DNA from: an uncultured Gemmatimonadota bacterium
GTDB lineage: Bacteria; JAAXHH01
DNA: 64,000 nt
NCBI GenBank assembly: GCA_951812955.1
Contig: OX638340.1
Location: 416,001 to 480,000, forward strand
Direction of reading: 5' to 3'
Part shown: positions 38,658 to 47,791 of the stretch, in pieces
How positions within the stretch are numbered: position 1 is the first letter of the stretch
Layout of the letters: the number at the start of each line of letters is the position of its first letter
Translations under genes and position numbers: made by a program
Notes under the pieces: generated by a model
The model's database searches: none
What the model saw: only the letters and a program-made list of their open reading frames with translations
Told to the model about the DNA's origin: nothing

Positions 38658-39662
38658 CTATCGATCCAGAGCTACGCGTTCAACGTGCCAGCACCGTGCG
38701 CGGTGCCCTTCTGTAATTTCCTCTAACATTGGTTCCGTGGTGCACTGCTCCGTGGCGTACCGGCAACGAGGCGCGAATGCGCAGCCCTTCGGCAAGTTGA
38801 GCGGCGAGGGAACCGTACCCGGTATCGTAGACAGCATGGATGCCCTTTCTCGATTTATCCGCGGCGCCGAATCGAGCAGTCCCCTGGTATACGGATGGGC
38901 AGGATGGTAGAAGATCCTTTCGGGCGAGCCGGTTTCGACCACCTGCCCAGCGTACATGATCATGATTTCGTCGGCCATGTCGGCGATCACCCCCAGGTCG
39001 TGTGTGATCATCAGGATGGCCATATTATGGCTTTTCTGGAGTTCTCTCAGCAGGTCGAGGATCTGGGCCTGGATCGTCACGTCCAGCGCCGTGGTGGGCT
39101 CGTCGGCGATCAGCAGTTCGGGACCGCACGACAGGGCCATGGCGATCATGGCGCGCTGCCGCATGCCGCCGGACAATTCGTGGGGGTACTCATCCACCCG
39201 CTGCCGCGCACCGGGTATGCCGACCTCGGAAAGGGCCTGCACCGCGCGGGAACGGGCATGCTCCCGGTCCATGCCGTGGTGCAGGCGGAGGGCTTCGCCT
39301 ATCTGGTTCCCCACGGTGTATACCGGGTTGAGGGCGGTCATGGGTTCCTGGAAGATCATGGCGATTTTTCGGCCCCGGATTCTCCGCATTTCATCGCCAT
39401 TCTGCTCGAGATCGTGAATCCCGATGCCTGAACCGCCTTCCCGATCGTGAAGAACGATCTCTCCTTCCACGTAACCCGGTCTGGGAACCAGGCGCATCAG
39501 GGACAGCCCCATCATGCTCTTGCCGCAGCCGCTTTCACCGACCACACCGAGTGTTCTGCCTCGCCTGATCTGAAACGAAACGTCGCGCACGGCCCGGACG
39601 GGACCGTCGTCTGTGGGGATTATGGCGGACAGGTGCGATATATCGAGAAGGAGGTCGTGCAT
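38658..39662 (-). CDS. Peptide ABC transporter ATP-binding protein (DppD/OppD type)
   Basis: Walker A (GESGCGKS), signature LSGGMRQRAMIAMAL and Walker B are present. Confidence 0.85.
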   Translation of the reverse strand: MHDLLLDISHLSAIIPTDDGPVRAVRDVSFQIRRGRTLGVVGESGCGKSMMGLSLMRLVPRPGYVEGEIVLHDREGGSGIGIHDLEQNGDEMRRIRGRKIAMIFQEPMTALNPVYTVGNQIGEALRLHHGMDREHARSRAVQALSEVGIPGARQRVDEYPHELSGGMRQRAMIAMALSCGPELLIADEPTTALDVTIQAQILDLLRELQKSHNMAILMITHDLGVIADMADEIMIMYAGQVVETGSPERIFYHPAHPYTRGLLDSAPRINRERASMLSTIPGTVPSPLNLPKGCAFAPRCRYATEQCTTEPMLEEITEGHRARCWHVERVALDR

Positions 39663-39828
39663 ACAAGTTCATTGTAACGCCCTGTTCGAAGGGATGTCAA
39701 GGTGTACGGACGGTGGAGGCAGTGTAATTTTGAAGAAACCGGGGCGCTGGTTTGTAAGACTTAAAACTGTATTCTCTCATTCAACCCAAACGGATCTACC
39801 AGGTCTGGATTTATTCAAGGAGTCGAAT

Positions 39829-41079
39829 ATGCATGTGTCAGAAACAGCCCGGAATGCCTGGACACGTCGAGGATTCATGAAGGGCGCGCTCGCCGCCGGA
39901 ACGGCCGGTGTCGCACTGTCCATGTCAGACAGGATTGCGATGGCCACGCAGTTGATCACGGGCGGAAAGCCCACAATCGAAGCCATCCGGGGCGTAGGCG
40001 TCCAGCCTGGTCTCGTTCGCATGAGCCTGAATGAGAATCCGCTGGGACCGTCGCCGCGGGCCATCGAAGCCATGGCGAACCGGTTGTTCGGCGTCAACCG
40101 CTATGGTACGGACCTGAGCGATCTGATGCAGGCCCTGTCGACCTTCGACGGGGTGGAACTGCCCGAGCCGGACAATTCAAGGCGGCGCTCGTTTTTCCGT
40201 CCGCCTCCCGGCCCATTCATGCTGACCCCGGGATCCAGTCTTATCCTCGACCTGCTGTGCCTGGCCTATCTCAGCCGCGACGGCGGCGAAGTCATCGAAG
40301 CGGAGTATGGCTACGGGTCCGTTTCCCGATCCGCCAGTGGTTTCAATGATATGTTCGGCGTCGACGTCAACATCATCCGGGCGCCGATGACACAGGAATA
40401 CAAGCACGACCTGGACGGGATGGCTTCCCTGGCATCCGAAAAGACCTCTCTGGTGGTCATCACCAATCCGAACAATCCCACGGGCACGTTGCTGCAGCCC
40501 GATGAAATCGAAGCTTTCGTCAAAAAGGTCCCTTCTTCGGCCATCGTGGTCATCGACGAGGCCTATCTGCACTTCGCGGAGCAGGACCCGATTCCCTCGG
40601 CCATCCCGCTCGCCGTCAAGTACGACAACGTGGTCGTGGTGAGAACCTTCTCCAAGGCCTACGCGCTCGCCGCTGTGAGACTGGGTTACTGTGTTGCCTC
40701 GCAAAAGGTCCAGGACGAATTGCGGAAGTACTACCAGGAATCTCCGAATGCCCTGGCCAGCGTGGCCGGCGCCGCAGCTGTGCGCGATCTCGAGCATCTT
40801 CAGAAGTCCAGAGAAGCCGTATGGGACTTCAAAAAGCGCTGTTACGCAGCCTTCGACGAGATGGGGATCGAGTACCTGCCGTCCCAGGGTACCTTCGTGA
40901 TGGCCGACCTGAAGCGGTCGGCGATGCAGGTAGTCAGGGAAATGCGGACACGTAACGTCTGGATAAGTTCCCGACGCCAGCAGGAATTTAGAAACTGGAT
41001 CAGGGTTTCCGCCGGTACCGAAGCGGAAACCGAGGTATTCATCCAGACCCTCAAGGACGTGCTGGCCAAGTCCAGCTAA
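39829..41079 (+). CDS. PLP-dependent class I/II aminotransferase (histidinol-phosphate aminotransferase-like) carrying an N-terminal twin-arginine (Tat) signal peptide
   Basis: ATG 39829 has an AAGGAG RBS. The N-terminus TRRGFMKGALAAGTAGVALSMSDRIAMA is a textbook S/T-RRxFLK Tat motif plus h-region plus AxA site. The mature domain has the class-I aminotransferase pattern with the conserved Lys in TFSKAYALA. Confidence 0.75.
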   Translation: MHVSETARNAWTRRGFMKGALAAGTAGVALSMSDRIAMATQLITGGKPTIEAIRGVGVQPGLVRMSLNENPLGPSPRAIEAMANRLFGVNRYGTDLSDLMQALSTFDGVELPEPDNSRRRSFFRPPPGPFMLTPGSSLILDLLCLAYLSRDGGEVIEAEYGYGSVSRSASGFNDMFGVDVNIIRAPMTQEYKHDLDGMASLASEKTSLVVITNPNNPTGTLLQPDEIEAFVKKVPSSAIVVIDEAYLHFAEQDPIPSAIPLAVKYDNVVVVRTFSKAYALAAVRLGYCVASQKVQDELRKYYQESPNALASVAGAAAVRDLEHLQKSREAVWDFKKRCYAAFDEMGIEYLPSQGTFVMADLKRSAMQVVREMRTRNVWISSRRQQEFRNWIRVSAGTEAETEVFIQTLKDVLAKSS

Positions 41080-41116
41080 GGCCTTTTCGGAATAGGCCTT
41101 GTTTTATTTGATGAGA

Positions 41117-41155
41117 AAGCCCAGCGGTGTGGTCGCCGCTGGGCTTTAGTTTTCG
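41117..41155. terminator. Strong intrinsic terminator (bidirectional) between the Tat-aminotransferase and APH-like genes
   Basis: A perfect 12-bp stem aaagcccagcgg / ccgctgggcttt has a 7-nt loop. It is followed by agttttcg. Confidence 0.6.
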
Positions 41156-41180
41156 ATGTAAGTGCAAGCCGTTCGGAATG

Positions 41181-41953
41181 CTATTTCATAAGGTTCCTGG
41201 ACTCCACCCTCAACCAGTCTCTCTCGCGCTTGATGGTCTCCAGGTCACCTCTTCTGTAAAAGAAGCTCCACGGTTCGATTCCTCTCCTTCCAAACGTGGA
41301 TATCCTCTCTATCTCCGATTCCTGGAGATCAAGAAGCACCTGGATGATGCGACTTGGAAAGAAACCTCCGTAGGCTTCGCAAAGCACATTTAGTCTATCT
41401 CTCAATACAGGCGGTTCTTCGTAGCCGACCTTCCGCCAGGATTCGCTGCCGCGCGCAGGGGTACAAGATACCAGGCGATCTGTGCCAAATCTGTCACAGC
41501 CTCACCCGGTTCGGCGAAATCCCAGTCTATTACGCCCTGCAGCACGCCATCATGCCAAATTGTGTTCCAGGGGCCGAGATCGCCATGACGTATAATCAGA
41601 CCAGGCTGCCACTTCACATCCGGCGCACACCATTCGGTTTCTTCGGGAGGGACGTAATCTTTCACCGCGAGATGGTAGGATTTGAGAAACCCGGCCAACT
41701 GGCTCAGGCCGCTATCGGTCTTGAGTACTTCGGGCCAGGGTCTTAAGCCGGCTTTACCTTCGATGTAGGACAGTTCTTCGTACCCGTCTTTTAAGTCTGC
41801 AACACGTGGAACGCGTCCAAGACCGGCATCTTCAAGAAATCTGAGCAAGCCGTGCACCGCCGATGTCCATCGGTTCACCGGGCGTCGTACCAGACTCCCA
41901 ATGTGTTCGACGGTGTTCAAGGCACCGCGATTCATGTCGCGACCAGAAGTCAT
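41181..41953 (-). pseudogene. Aminoglycoside/homoserine-kinase-type phosphotransferase (APH family), split by a frameshift near 41402-41405
   Basis: ORF 41953..41402 (183 aa, APH N-lobe-like) and ORF 41405..41181 (74 aa, C-terminal continuation) overlap by 4 nt in different frames. The combined length of about 257 aa fits the family. This could be an authentic pseudogene or a sequencing indel. Confidence 0.45.
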
Positions 41954-41968
41954 ATACGACCCAAAGTA

Positions 41969-41996
41969 AAACGGGAGCGTGAGATACGACTCCCGC
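41969..41996 (-). terminator. Candidate intrinsic terminator downstream of ftsH
   Basis: On the minus strand: cgggagtcgtatctcacgctcccg followed by tttt. It lies about 45 nt after the ftsH stop. Confidence 0.45.
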
Positions 41997-42039
41997 CCCC
42001 GTTATCGCCGATCTTGTATTACCCGTTGTTTGCTTAGTC

Positions 42040-44286
42040 TCAACTCCCCTTCGACTCTACTGTTTTATCGATCTCGGGGGCCGTTCCTACCGGCTCCTCG
42101 TCCGATCCGTCCTCCGATGGGACTCCGTTACCATCCACTGAAGGCGCATCAGATGTCGATGCTTCAGTGTTCGACGCAGTGTTCGACGCTTCCGGCTTTT
42201 CCGTGCCAGGTTCCGGGGATTGCACTGATTCTGCAGCCTGCCCAGACTCCGAGGCCTTGGCAGACTCTTCGGTCTCGGCGGTCTGCCCAGACTCCGCGGC
42301 CTGCTCAGCCTCAGCGGCCTTCGCAGTCTCCGCGGCCTTCGCAGCCTCCTCAGCCTCGGCGGCAAGTCTTTCGCGCTCCTGTTCCATCGCCTCGAATTTG
42401 TCCTTCCCATATATGAGCTTTGCTACTTCATCCCTTATGAGCGTATCGTGCTCCAGCAGGGCCTTGGCCACGAGATGAAGCTGGGGTTCGTAGTCCCTGA
42501 GCAGTTTCTCCACCCGGTCTCCGGCTTCGGACACGAACCGCTGGATCTCCTGGTCGATCCGGTGGGCGGTTGTTTCGCTGTAGTTCGGCTGGTGGGCGAT
42601 ATCCCGGCCCAGGAAGACCTCGTGCTCCTTCTCGCCCAGGGCCGTGGCCCCAATTTCCTCGCTCATCCCCCAGTCGCATACCATGTGGCGGCTGATCCGG
42701 GTGACCTGTTCGATATCGCTTTGCGCGCCGGAGGTGACTTCCCCGAAGACGATCTGCTCGGCCGCGCGGCCTCCCAGTGCCGCGGCCATCGTGCCCAGGC
42801 AGTACGAGCGGGACTGCAGGTAGCGCTCCTCCGGCAGGGAAATAGTCACGCCCAAACCGCGGCCCTGCGGCAGGATCGTCACCTTGTGCAGTGGGTCGAT
42901 TTCTTCGATGAGTTCGAAGGCGAGGGCATGGCCGGCCTCGTGGTAGGCCACGACTTTCCGCTCCTTGTCGCTGATCACGAGATGCCGCTTCGCGCCCATC
43001 ATCATCTTCTCTTTCGCCTCTTCGAAATCCTCGTTCGTCACGGAGGTGTGGTCGTACCGCGCGGCAATCAGGGCGGCTTCGTTCACCATGTTAGCCAGGT
43101 CCGCCCCGACCATCCCAGGCACGCCCTTGGCCAGCACGTCGAGCTTGACCGAGTCGTCGAGCGGGATTTTGCGGCTCTTCACATGTATCTCAAGGATCTT
43201 TTCCCGACCCACCACATCGGGCCGGTCGACGACGATATGGCGGTCGAAGCGGCCGGGACGGAGCAGGGCGGGGTCGAGCACGTCCGGCCGGTTGGTTGCG
43301 CCGATCACGATGATGGAATCCGTCTTTTCGAAGCCGTCCAGCCCCACCAGCAACTGGTTCAGGGTTTGTTCCCGCTCGTCGTGCCCGCCGCCGAGGCCGG
43401 CGCCGCGGTGACGGCCGATGGCGTCGATTTCATCGATGAAGATGATACACGGGGCGTTCTGGCGGGCCTGGTCGAAGAGATCGCGCACGCGGGAGGCGCC
43501 GACCCCGACAAACATCTCGACGAAGTCTGATCCGCTCATGCTGAAGAAGGGCACGCCCGCCTCGCCTGCCACGGCCTTGGCCAGCAGGGTCTTGCCGGTA
43601 CCCGGGGGGCCCAGCAGCAGTGCGCCTTTCGGTATGCGGCCGCCCAGGGCGTGGAACTTGTCCGGATTCTTCAGAAATTCCACGATTTCCTGCAGGTCGC
43701 GCTTGGCTTCGAGCACCCCCGCCACGTCGGCGAAGGTGATGGAGGGCCGATCTTCGACGATCATCTTGGCCCGGCTCTTGCCAAAGGAGAACATGCCGCG
43801 CTGTCCCGACTGCATCTGTCGCAGAATGAAAATCCAGAACCCGATCAACAACAGCCAGGGCAGGGCGGCGATGAGGTAGCCGACCCAGTTGGTGGCCTCC
43901 GGCTCGGCCGTCACCATGACGTTCCTGGCCATGAGATCGGCTACGAGATCCGGATCGTCAAAGGGGATGTATACCTTGAAGTCACGCAGGCTCTGGTTCG
44001 TGCCCTCGATCATCGTCGATGAATCCTGACGGAGCCGGCCGGTTATCAATTTCTCGGTGATGGTGACCTGCTCGATATTGTCGGCTTCGAGAAACTGCTG
44101 GAACTGCGTGTAGGAAACCGTAATCGAGCTATCGCCCCGCTGGGGAAGGAACTGCGCGGCCATCAGGAAGAAAAGGAAGAGCACGAGCCAGATAAGGATT
44201 GAGCGGTTCTTCTTCGACTTGTCCGGCTGTGGCTGTCGTTCGTTTCGGGGCGGGGGCTGTTGCCGTTCGTTGTGCGGTTGGGACAT
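42040..44286 (-). CDS. ftsH: ATP-dependent zinc metalloprotease FtsH with a low-complexity C-terminal extension of about 110 aa rich in Ala/Glu
   Basis: Two N-terminal TM helices are present. The AAA+ module has Walker A GPPGTGKT, Walker B IIFIDEID and the SRH. The HEAGH zinc site is present. The tail [38 protein letters not shown] is encoded by tandemly repeated GC-rich DNA at about 42160-42370. Confidence 0.9.
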   Translation of the reverse strand: MSQPHNERQQPPPRNERQPQPDKSKKNRSILIWLVLFLFFLMAAQFLPQRGDSSITVSYTQFQQFLEADNIEQVTITEKLITGRLRQDSSTMIEGTNQSLRDFKVYIPFDDPDLVADLMARNVMVTAEPEATNWVGYLIAALPWLLLIGFWIFILRQMQSGQRGMFSFGKSRAKMIVEDRPSITFADVAGVLEAKRDLQEIVEFLKNPDKFHALGGRIPKGALLLGPPGTGKTLLAKAVAGEAGVPFFSMSGSDFVEMFVGVGASRVRDLFDQARQNAPCIIFIDEIDAIGRHRGAGLGGGHDEREQTLNQLLVGLDGFEKTDSIIVIGATNRPDVLDPALLRPGRFDRHIVVDRPDVVGREKILEIHVKSRKIPLDDSVKLDVLAKGVPGMVGADLANMVNEAALIAARYDHTSVTNEDFEEAKEKMMMGAKRHLVISDKERKVVAYHEAGHALAFELIEEIDPLHKVTILPQGRGLGVTISLPEERYLQSRSYCLGTMAAALGGRAAEQIVFGEVTSGAQSDIEQVTRISRHMVCDWGMSEEIGATALGEKEHEVFLGRDIAHQPNYSETTAHRIDQEIQRFVSEAGDRVEKLLRDYEPQLHLVAKALLEHDTLIRDEVAKLIYGKDKFEAMEQERERLAAEAEEAAKAAETAKAAEAEQAAESGQTAETEESAKASESGQAAESVQSPEPGTEKPEASNTASNTEASTSDAPSVDGNGVPSEDGSDEEPVGTAPEIDKTVESKGS

Positions 44287-44323
44287 TCGTCTGGAAGACC
44301 TCGGTTCGTTCGACGGGTTGGAT

Positions 44324-44929
44324 TCAGAACCCGGAGCAGATCGGCGCGGCTACGATAAGGTGGCGAAGGTCCAGGCTACCCTCGAAAGGATTACGGGACC
44401 AGTTCCTGAACATGTTGCGAAGCTTGCTTCGCGCTTCCGACAGCCTCCGTTTGACGGTGCCCACGGGGACGTCCATTCTCATGCTGACCTCGTCACAGGA
44501 ATAGCCGGTAAAATAGTACATGGCCACCGTACGCCTGAGCGCTTGCGAAAGGGCATTCACCCCATGCTTCAACTTGCGGCTGTTCGCCCGTTTCAGGTGT
44601 TCGTCTCCCGGCCAGGCGTCCTGCCCGGGTTCGAGCTCCGGCCACTCCTCGCCCCGGTTCCTCAGGTCGCCCACGTGAGCGAGGCACCGATTGCGCGCAA
44701 TGACACGCAGCCACTGGGGAAATCGGTCGCGGTCGCGGAGGGACGACAGTCGCTGGTAGGCGGAGATCCAGACGTCTTGAACGATGTCCTGGGCATCCTG
44801 GCGGTTTCTCACCATGGAACCGACTACGCGCCGGATCTCACGGTCGTACCGCTTGACCAGCGTCTCGAAGTCGTCAGTGCAGCCGTTCAGCACGCTATCT
44901 ATGATGATTCCGTCCGCTGTATGCGCCAT
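44324..44929 (-). CDS. ECF-family sigma-70 factor
   Basis: Region 2 (RRVVGSMVRNRQDAQDIVQDVWISAYQRL) and region 4 HTH (TVAMYYFTGYSCDEVSMRMDVPVGTVKRRL) are present. It lies 38 nt upstream of ftsH on the same strand. No anti-sigma gene is adjacent. Confidence 0.8.
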   Translation of the reverse strand: MAHTADGIIIDSVLNGCTDDFETLVKRYDREIRRVVGSMVRNRQDAQDIVQDVWISAYQRLSSLRDRDRFPQWLRVIARNRCLAHVGDLRNRGEEWPELEPGQDAWPGDEHLKRANSRKLKHGVNALSQALRRTVAMYYFTGYSCDEVSMRMDVPVGTVKRRLSEARSKLRNMFRNWSRNPFEGSLDLRHLIVAAPICSGF

Positions 44930-45068
44930 GCCTTAAGCACCTGCCATTGGGGTTCATTCACTCCTGAAGCGCGGAAGCGAACGCTCCGCTTCACGCATTC
45001 TACTATATTCAGAGGACCGGGGGAGGAAAAAGGTTCGGTTTTTTTTCACACCCATCCGATCCGCCGGT

Positions 45069-45098
45069 AATATACCCTTAAATCGGGACTCCGTCAAG
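45069..45098 (-). promoter_or_regulatory. Candidate sigma70 promoter for the ECF sigma-ftsH unit
   Basis: On the minus strand: TTGACG, an 18-nt spacer, then TATATT. The -35 element overlaps the stop of the upstream AGCS gene. Confidence 0.3.
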
Positions 45099-46437
45099 CA
45101 GCCCCGGCGGCCCGTTCGTTGGCGGATACTACGCGAATCTCCCGGGTCAGACCGATCAATCCCACCAGGTTGGGAAACATCATGCAGGCGACCATGATGT
45201 CGCCCAGGTCCCAGATAACCCGTGCTTCGTAAACGGCCCCGAAAAATGCGGCCGCGCACCAGGCGATGCGGATGCCCCACACCACGCCCCGGGAATCCGT
45301 CACGAACCGGAGGCCCTGTTCGGCATAGTAGGACCACGTGACCATGGTGGTGAAACCGAACATGAGCGAGCAGAGCGCGACGATGACGCCGCCGAAGGGG
45401 ATCGAGGTGTTGAGCGCGGAAGCCACGAGCGCAGTACTGATTTCGCCGTTGTGCCACACGCCGGCGATGACTACGGTGACCGCGGTCATGGAGCAGACGA
45501 TTATCGTGTCGATGAAGACCCCGATCATGGAAATGTAGCCCTGCCGCATTGGTTTGGTCGTCCGGGCGGCGCTGTGGGCGATTCCCGCGCTGCCGAGCCC
45601 GGCCTCGCTGGATATGACGCCCCTGCGGATGCCGTACTGAACCGTACGTGCGATCGTGGCTCCTGCGAATCCTCCGATCGCCGCCACCGGGGTGAAGGCG
45701 CTCTCCACGATCAGCCACAGGGCCGCCGGCAGGGCTTCGATGTGTGTGAATACAACGTAACACACGCTGACGGCGTAAACGACCACCATGGTGGGTACGA
45801 GCCTTTCGGCGACGAGGCCAATACGCTTTATCCCGCCGATGATGACCACGGCCAGGATGACGGTCAGCAGGAGACCGGTGATCCACTTGGCCACGTCGAA
45901 CTGGGTGCTCATCACGAGGGCGATGGAATTCGCCTGGCCGATGTTGCCCCCACCCAGGCCACCCAACGTGGCGCAAAGGGCGAAGATGGCGCCAATGGTG
46001 GGCAGGTTCAGGCCCTCCTTCAGGTAGGACATGGGACCGCCGAGCATGAGGCCGTCCCGGGTCTTCCCCCGGTACCTCAGCGCCAGCACGGTCTCGGCAT
46101 ACTTCGTCGCCATGCCCAGGGGCGCCATGGCCGCCATCCAGAAGGCCGCGCCCGGGCCTCCGACTGCGATGGCCGTGGCCACGCCGGCGATGTTGCCGTT
46201 GCCGATGGTCGCCGCCATGGCGGTAGTCAGCGCCTGGAACGGCGATATGTCGCCTGAATCCTGCTCGCCCTTGTCCCGCCGCAGGGCGCCCCGCATGACC
46301 AGGCCGATGGCCGTGCCGAACTTCCGGAACTGGACTCCCCTGCTGGCCACGGTGAGCATGAGACCCAGGATGGCGAGCACACCGATCGTCCAGGGACCCC
46401 ACATGAAATCGGAAATCGCGCGCAGGACGGCATCCAT
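45094..46437 (-). CDS. Alanine/glycine:cation symporter (AGCS family)
   Basis: The start is taken at MDAVLRAISDFMWGPW (46437). The AGCS N-terminal consensus and 11 or more TM helices are present. Confidence 0.85.
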   Translation of the reverse strand: MDAVLRAISDFMWGPWTIGVLAILGLMLTVASRGVQFRKFGTAIGLVMRGALRRDKGEQDSGDISPFQALTTAMAATIGNGNIAGVATAIAVGGPGAAFWMAAMAPLGMATKYAETVLALRYRGKTRDGLMLGGPMSYLKEGLNLPTIGAIFALCATLGGLGGGNIGQANSIALVMSTQFDVAKWITGLLLTVILAVVIIGGIKRIGLVAERLVPTMVVVYAVSVCYVVFTHIEALPAALWLIVESAFTPVAAIGGFAGATIARTVQYGIRRGVISSEAGLGSAGIAHSAARTTKPMRQGYISMIGVFIDTIIVCSMTAVTVVIAGVWHNGEISTALVASALNTSIPFGGVIVALCSLMFGFTTMVTWSYYAEQGLRFVTDSRGVVWGIRIAWCAAAFFGAVYEARVIWDLGDIMVACMMFPNLVGLIGLTREIRVVSANERAAGAA

Positions 46438-46648
46438 GGCGTACCTCTTTCTCCGAAGTCGAGTTGACGTTGAATGTAAACGGCTTAAACCGGGAGACAG
46501 GTTCAATCTACTGAGCCGTGGCGGTGATACAAGGGAAAGTAGGGAAAGTAAGCAGCGGCCGGTCCCTTAAGTCCTGTTTTCATTGTCACCGCCATTGACG
46601 GCTTTTATTTTGGGAGTTCACATCTTTTCCGCTTCATCCGGAGTTCCC

Positions 46649-47791
46649 ATGGCTTACCGGACATATGGGGTGCTGCTGGTGAGTTTCAGCAGGCACAGCC
46701 ACCAGCGCAGCTTCGTTCCCGCCTTCGTGGATCATCCCCGAGTCCGGATCGTCGGGGTTGCGGACGATAAGGACATCGACCCATATCTCGAACCGCTGAA
46801 CCGGTCCTGGGCCGACCGGCTGGGCGTACCCTATCACCAGGGCATCGAAGCGGCCGTGCGGCGGTCCGAAGTGGACATCGTGAGCATCGGTCACGAGATA
46901 GAACGGCGCGCCGAGATCGCTATGATGGCCGCGGACGCGGGGAAGCACCTGTGGATCGACAAATTCATCGGCGCCGACATGGACGAGTGCAACGCCGTCG
47001 TCGACGCCGTGGATGGATCAGGTGTCTCAACCATCCTTCCCAGTTACGTTTACAACGATCTTGTCAACCAGTTCCGAAGGATGATTAGTACGGGTTTTCT
47101 CGGCGAGTTGACGGCGATGCACGTCGATATCCTCTTCGCGAAAGGGATTCCCCGGTCCATCTCGAAGGCCCGGTGGAAAACGGATTTCCTGCCGCCGGGG
47201 AGATGGAAGTTCCCGGACATCAAGCGGGAGATTCTGACCGTCGGCGCCTACGCCGTGGCTCTGGTACAGCAGTGTTTCGAACCCATCGCGGAAGTGTACG
47301 GCCAGGGCGGAGCCTATTTCTTTCCGGAGCACGCCGCCCATGGCGCGGACGACTTCGGAACGCTGACGCTCGTCGATCGATCGGGCCGGGTGGCCTCCAT
47401 ATCGGCAGGCCGCAGCGGTATCGCGTCTCACGGAGCGGGCGGACCGAACCAGGCCTACCTCTTCGGCACGAAAGGCACGGGTCGGATCGACGGGAAGCGT
47501 CCGGGTGTCGACACCCACTTGAGAAACCGCATCGTTCATGGTGATTTCAGCGTTGGCGACGACGATCCCATGCAGTGGCACAGCGGTCCGCCCACGCTCC
47601 TGGCCTCAACCGGCCCCGACTTCTCGACCGAAGCGCTGAAGGACCTGGTAAACGCGCTGGACACCGGTGGCAGTCCCCGCTACACCGTCCACGACGCGCG
47701 GGATCTCATGGAAGTCCTGCTGGCCGGATACGATTCCATAGTCCGGCATGGATCCGTGCAACTGCCGGTACGGGGCAAGGAGGCCTCGTGA
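46649..47791 (+). CDS. Gfo/Idh/MocA-family oxidoreductase
   Basis: ATG 46649 has a GGAG RBS. The Rossmann N-terminus (RIVGVADDKD...VDIVSIGHEIERRAE) and GFL(G)EL motif are present. Confidence 0.75.
   Translation: MAYRTYGVLLVSFSRHSHQRSFVPAFVDHPRVRIVGVADDKDIDPYLEPLNRSWADRLGVPYHQGIEAAVRRSEVDIVSIGHEIERRAEIAMMAADAGKHLWIDKFIGADMDECNAVVDAVDGSGVSTILPSYVYNDLVNQFRRMISTGFLGELTAMHVDILFAKGIPRSISKARWKTDFLPPGRWKFPDIKREILTVGAYAVALVQQCFEPIAEVYGQGGAYFFPEHAAHGADDFGTLTLVDRSGRVASISAGRSGIASHGAGGPNQAYLFGTKGTGRIDGKRPGVDTHLRNRIVHGDFSVGDDDPMQWHSGPPTLLASTGPDFSTEALKDLVNALDTGGSPRYTVHDARDLMEVLLAGYDSIVRHGSVQLPVRGKEAS

Noticed and set aside
39613-39828. 72-codon N-terminal extension of the Tat-aminotransferase ORF (track start 39613), overlapping the dppD start region
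   Set aside because: The extension overlaps the divergent dppD gene start and has no RBS. ATG 39829 has an AAGGAG RBS and immediately precedes the Tat motif.
47575-47787. Upstream 71-codon extension of the hypothetical ORF (track start 47575)
   Set aside because: It would overlap the Gfo/Idh/MocA gene by 217 nt in another frame. The GTG at 47788 with an AAGGAGG RBS and GTGA stop-start coupling is a far better start.
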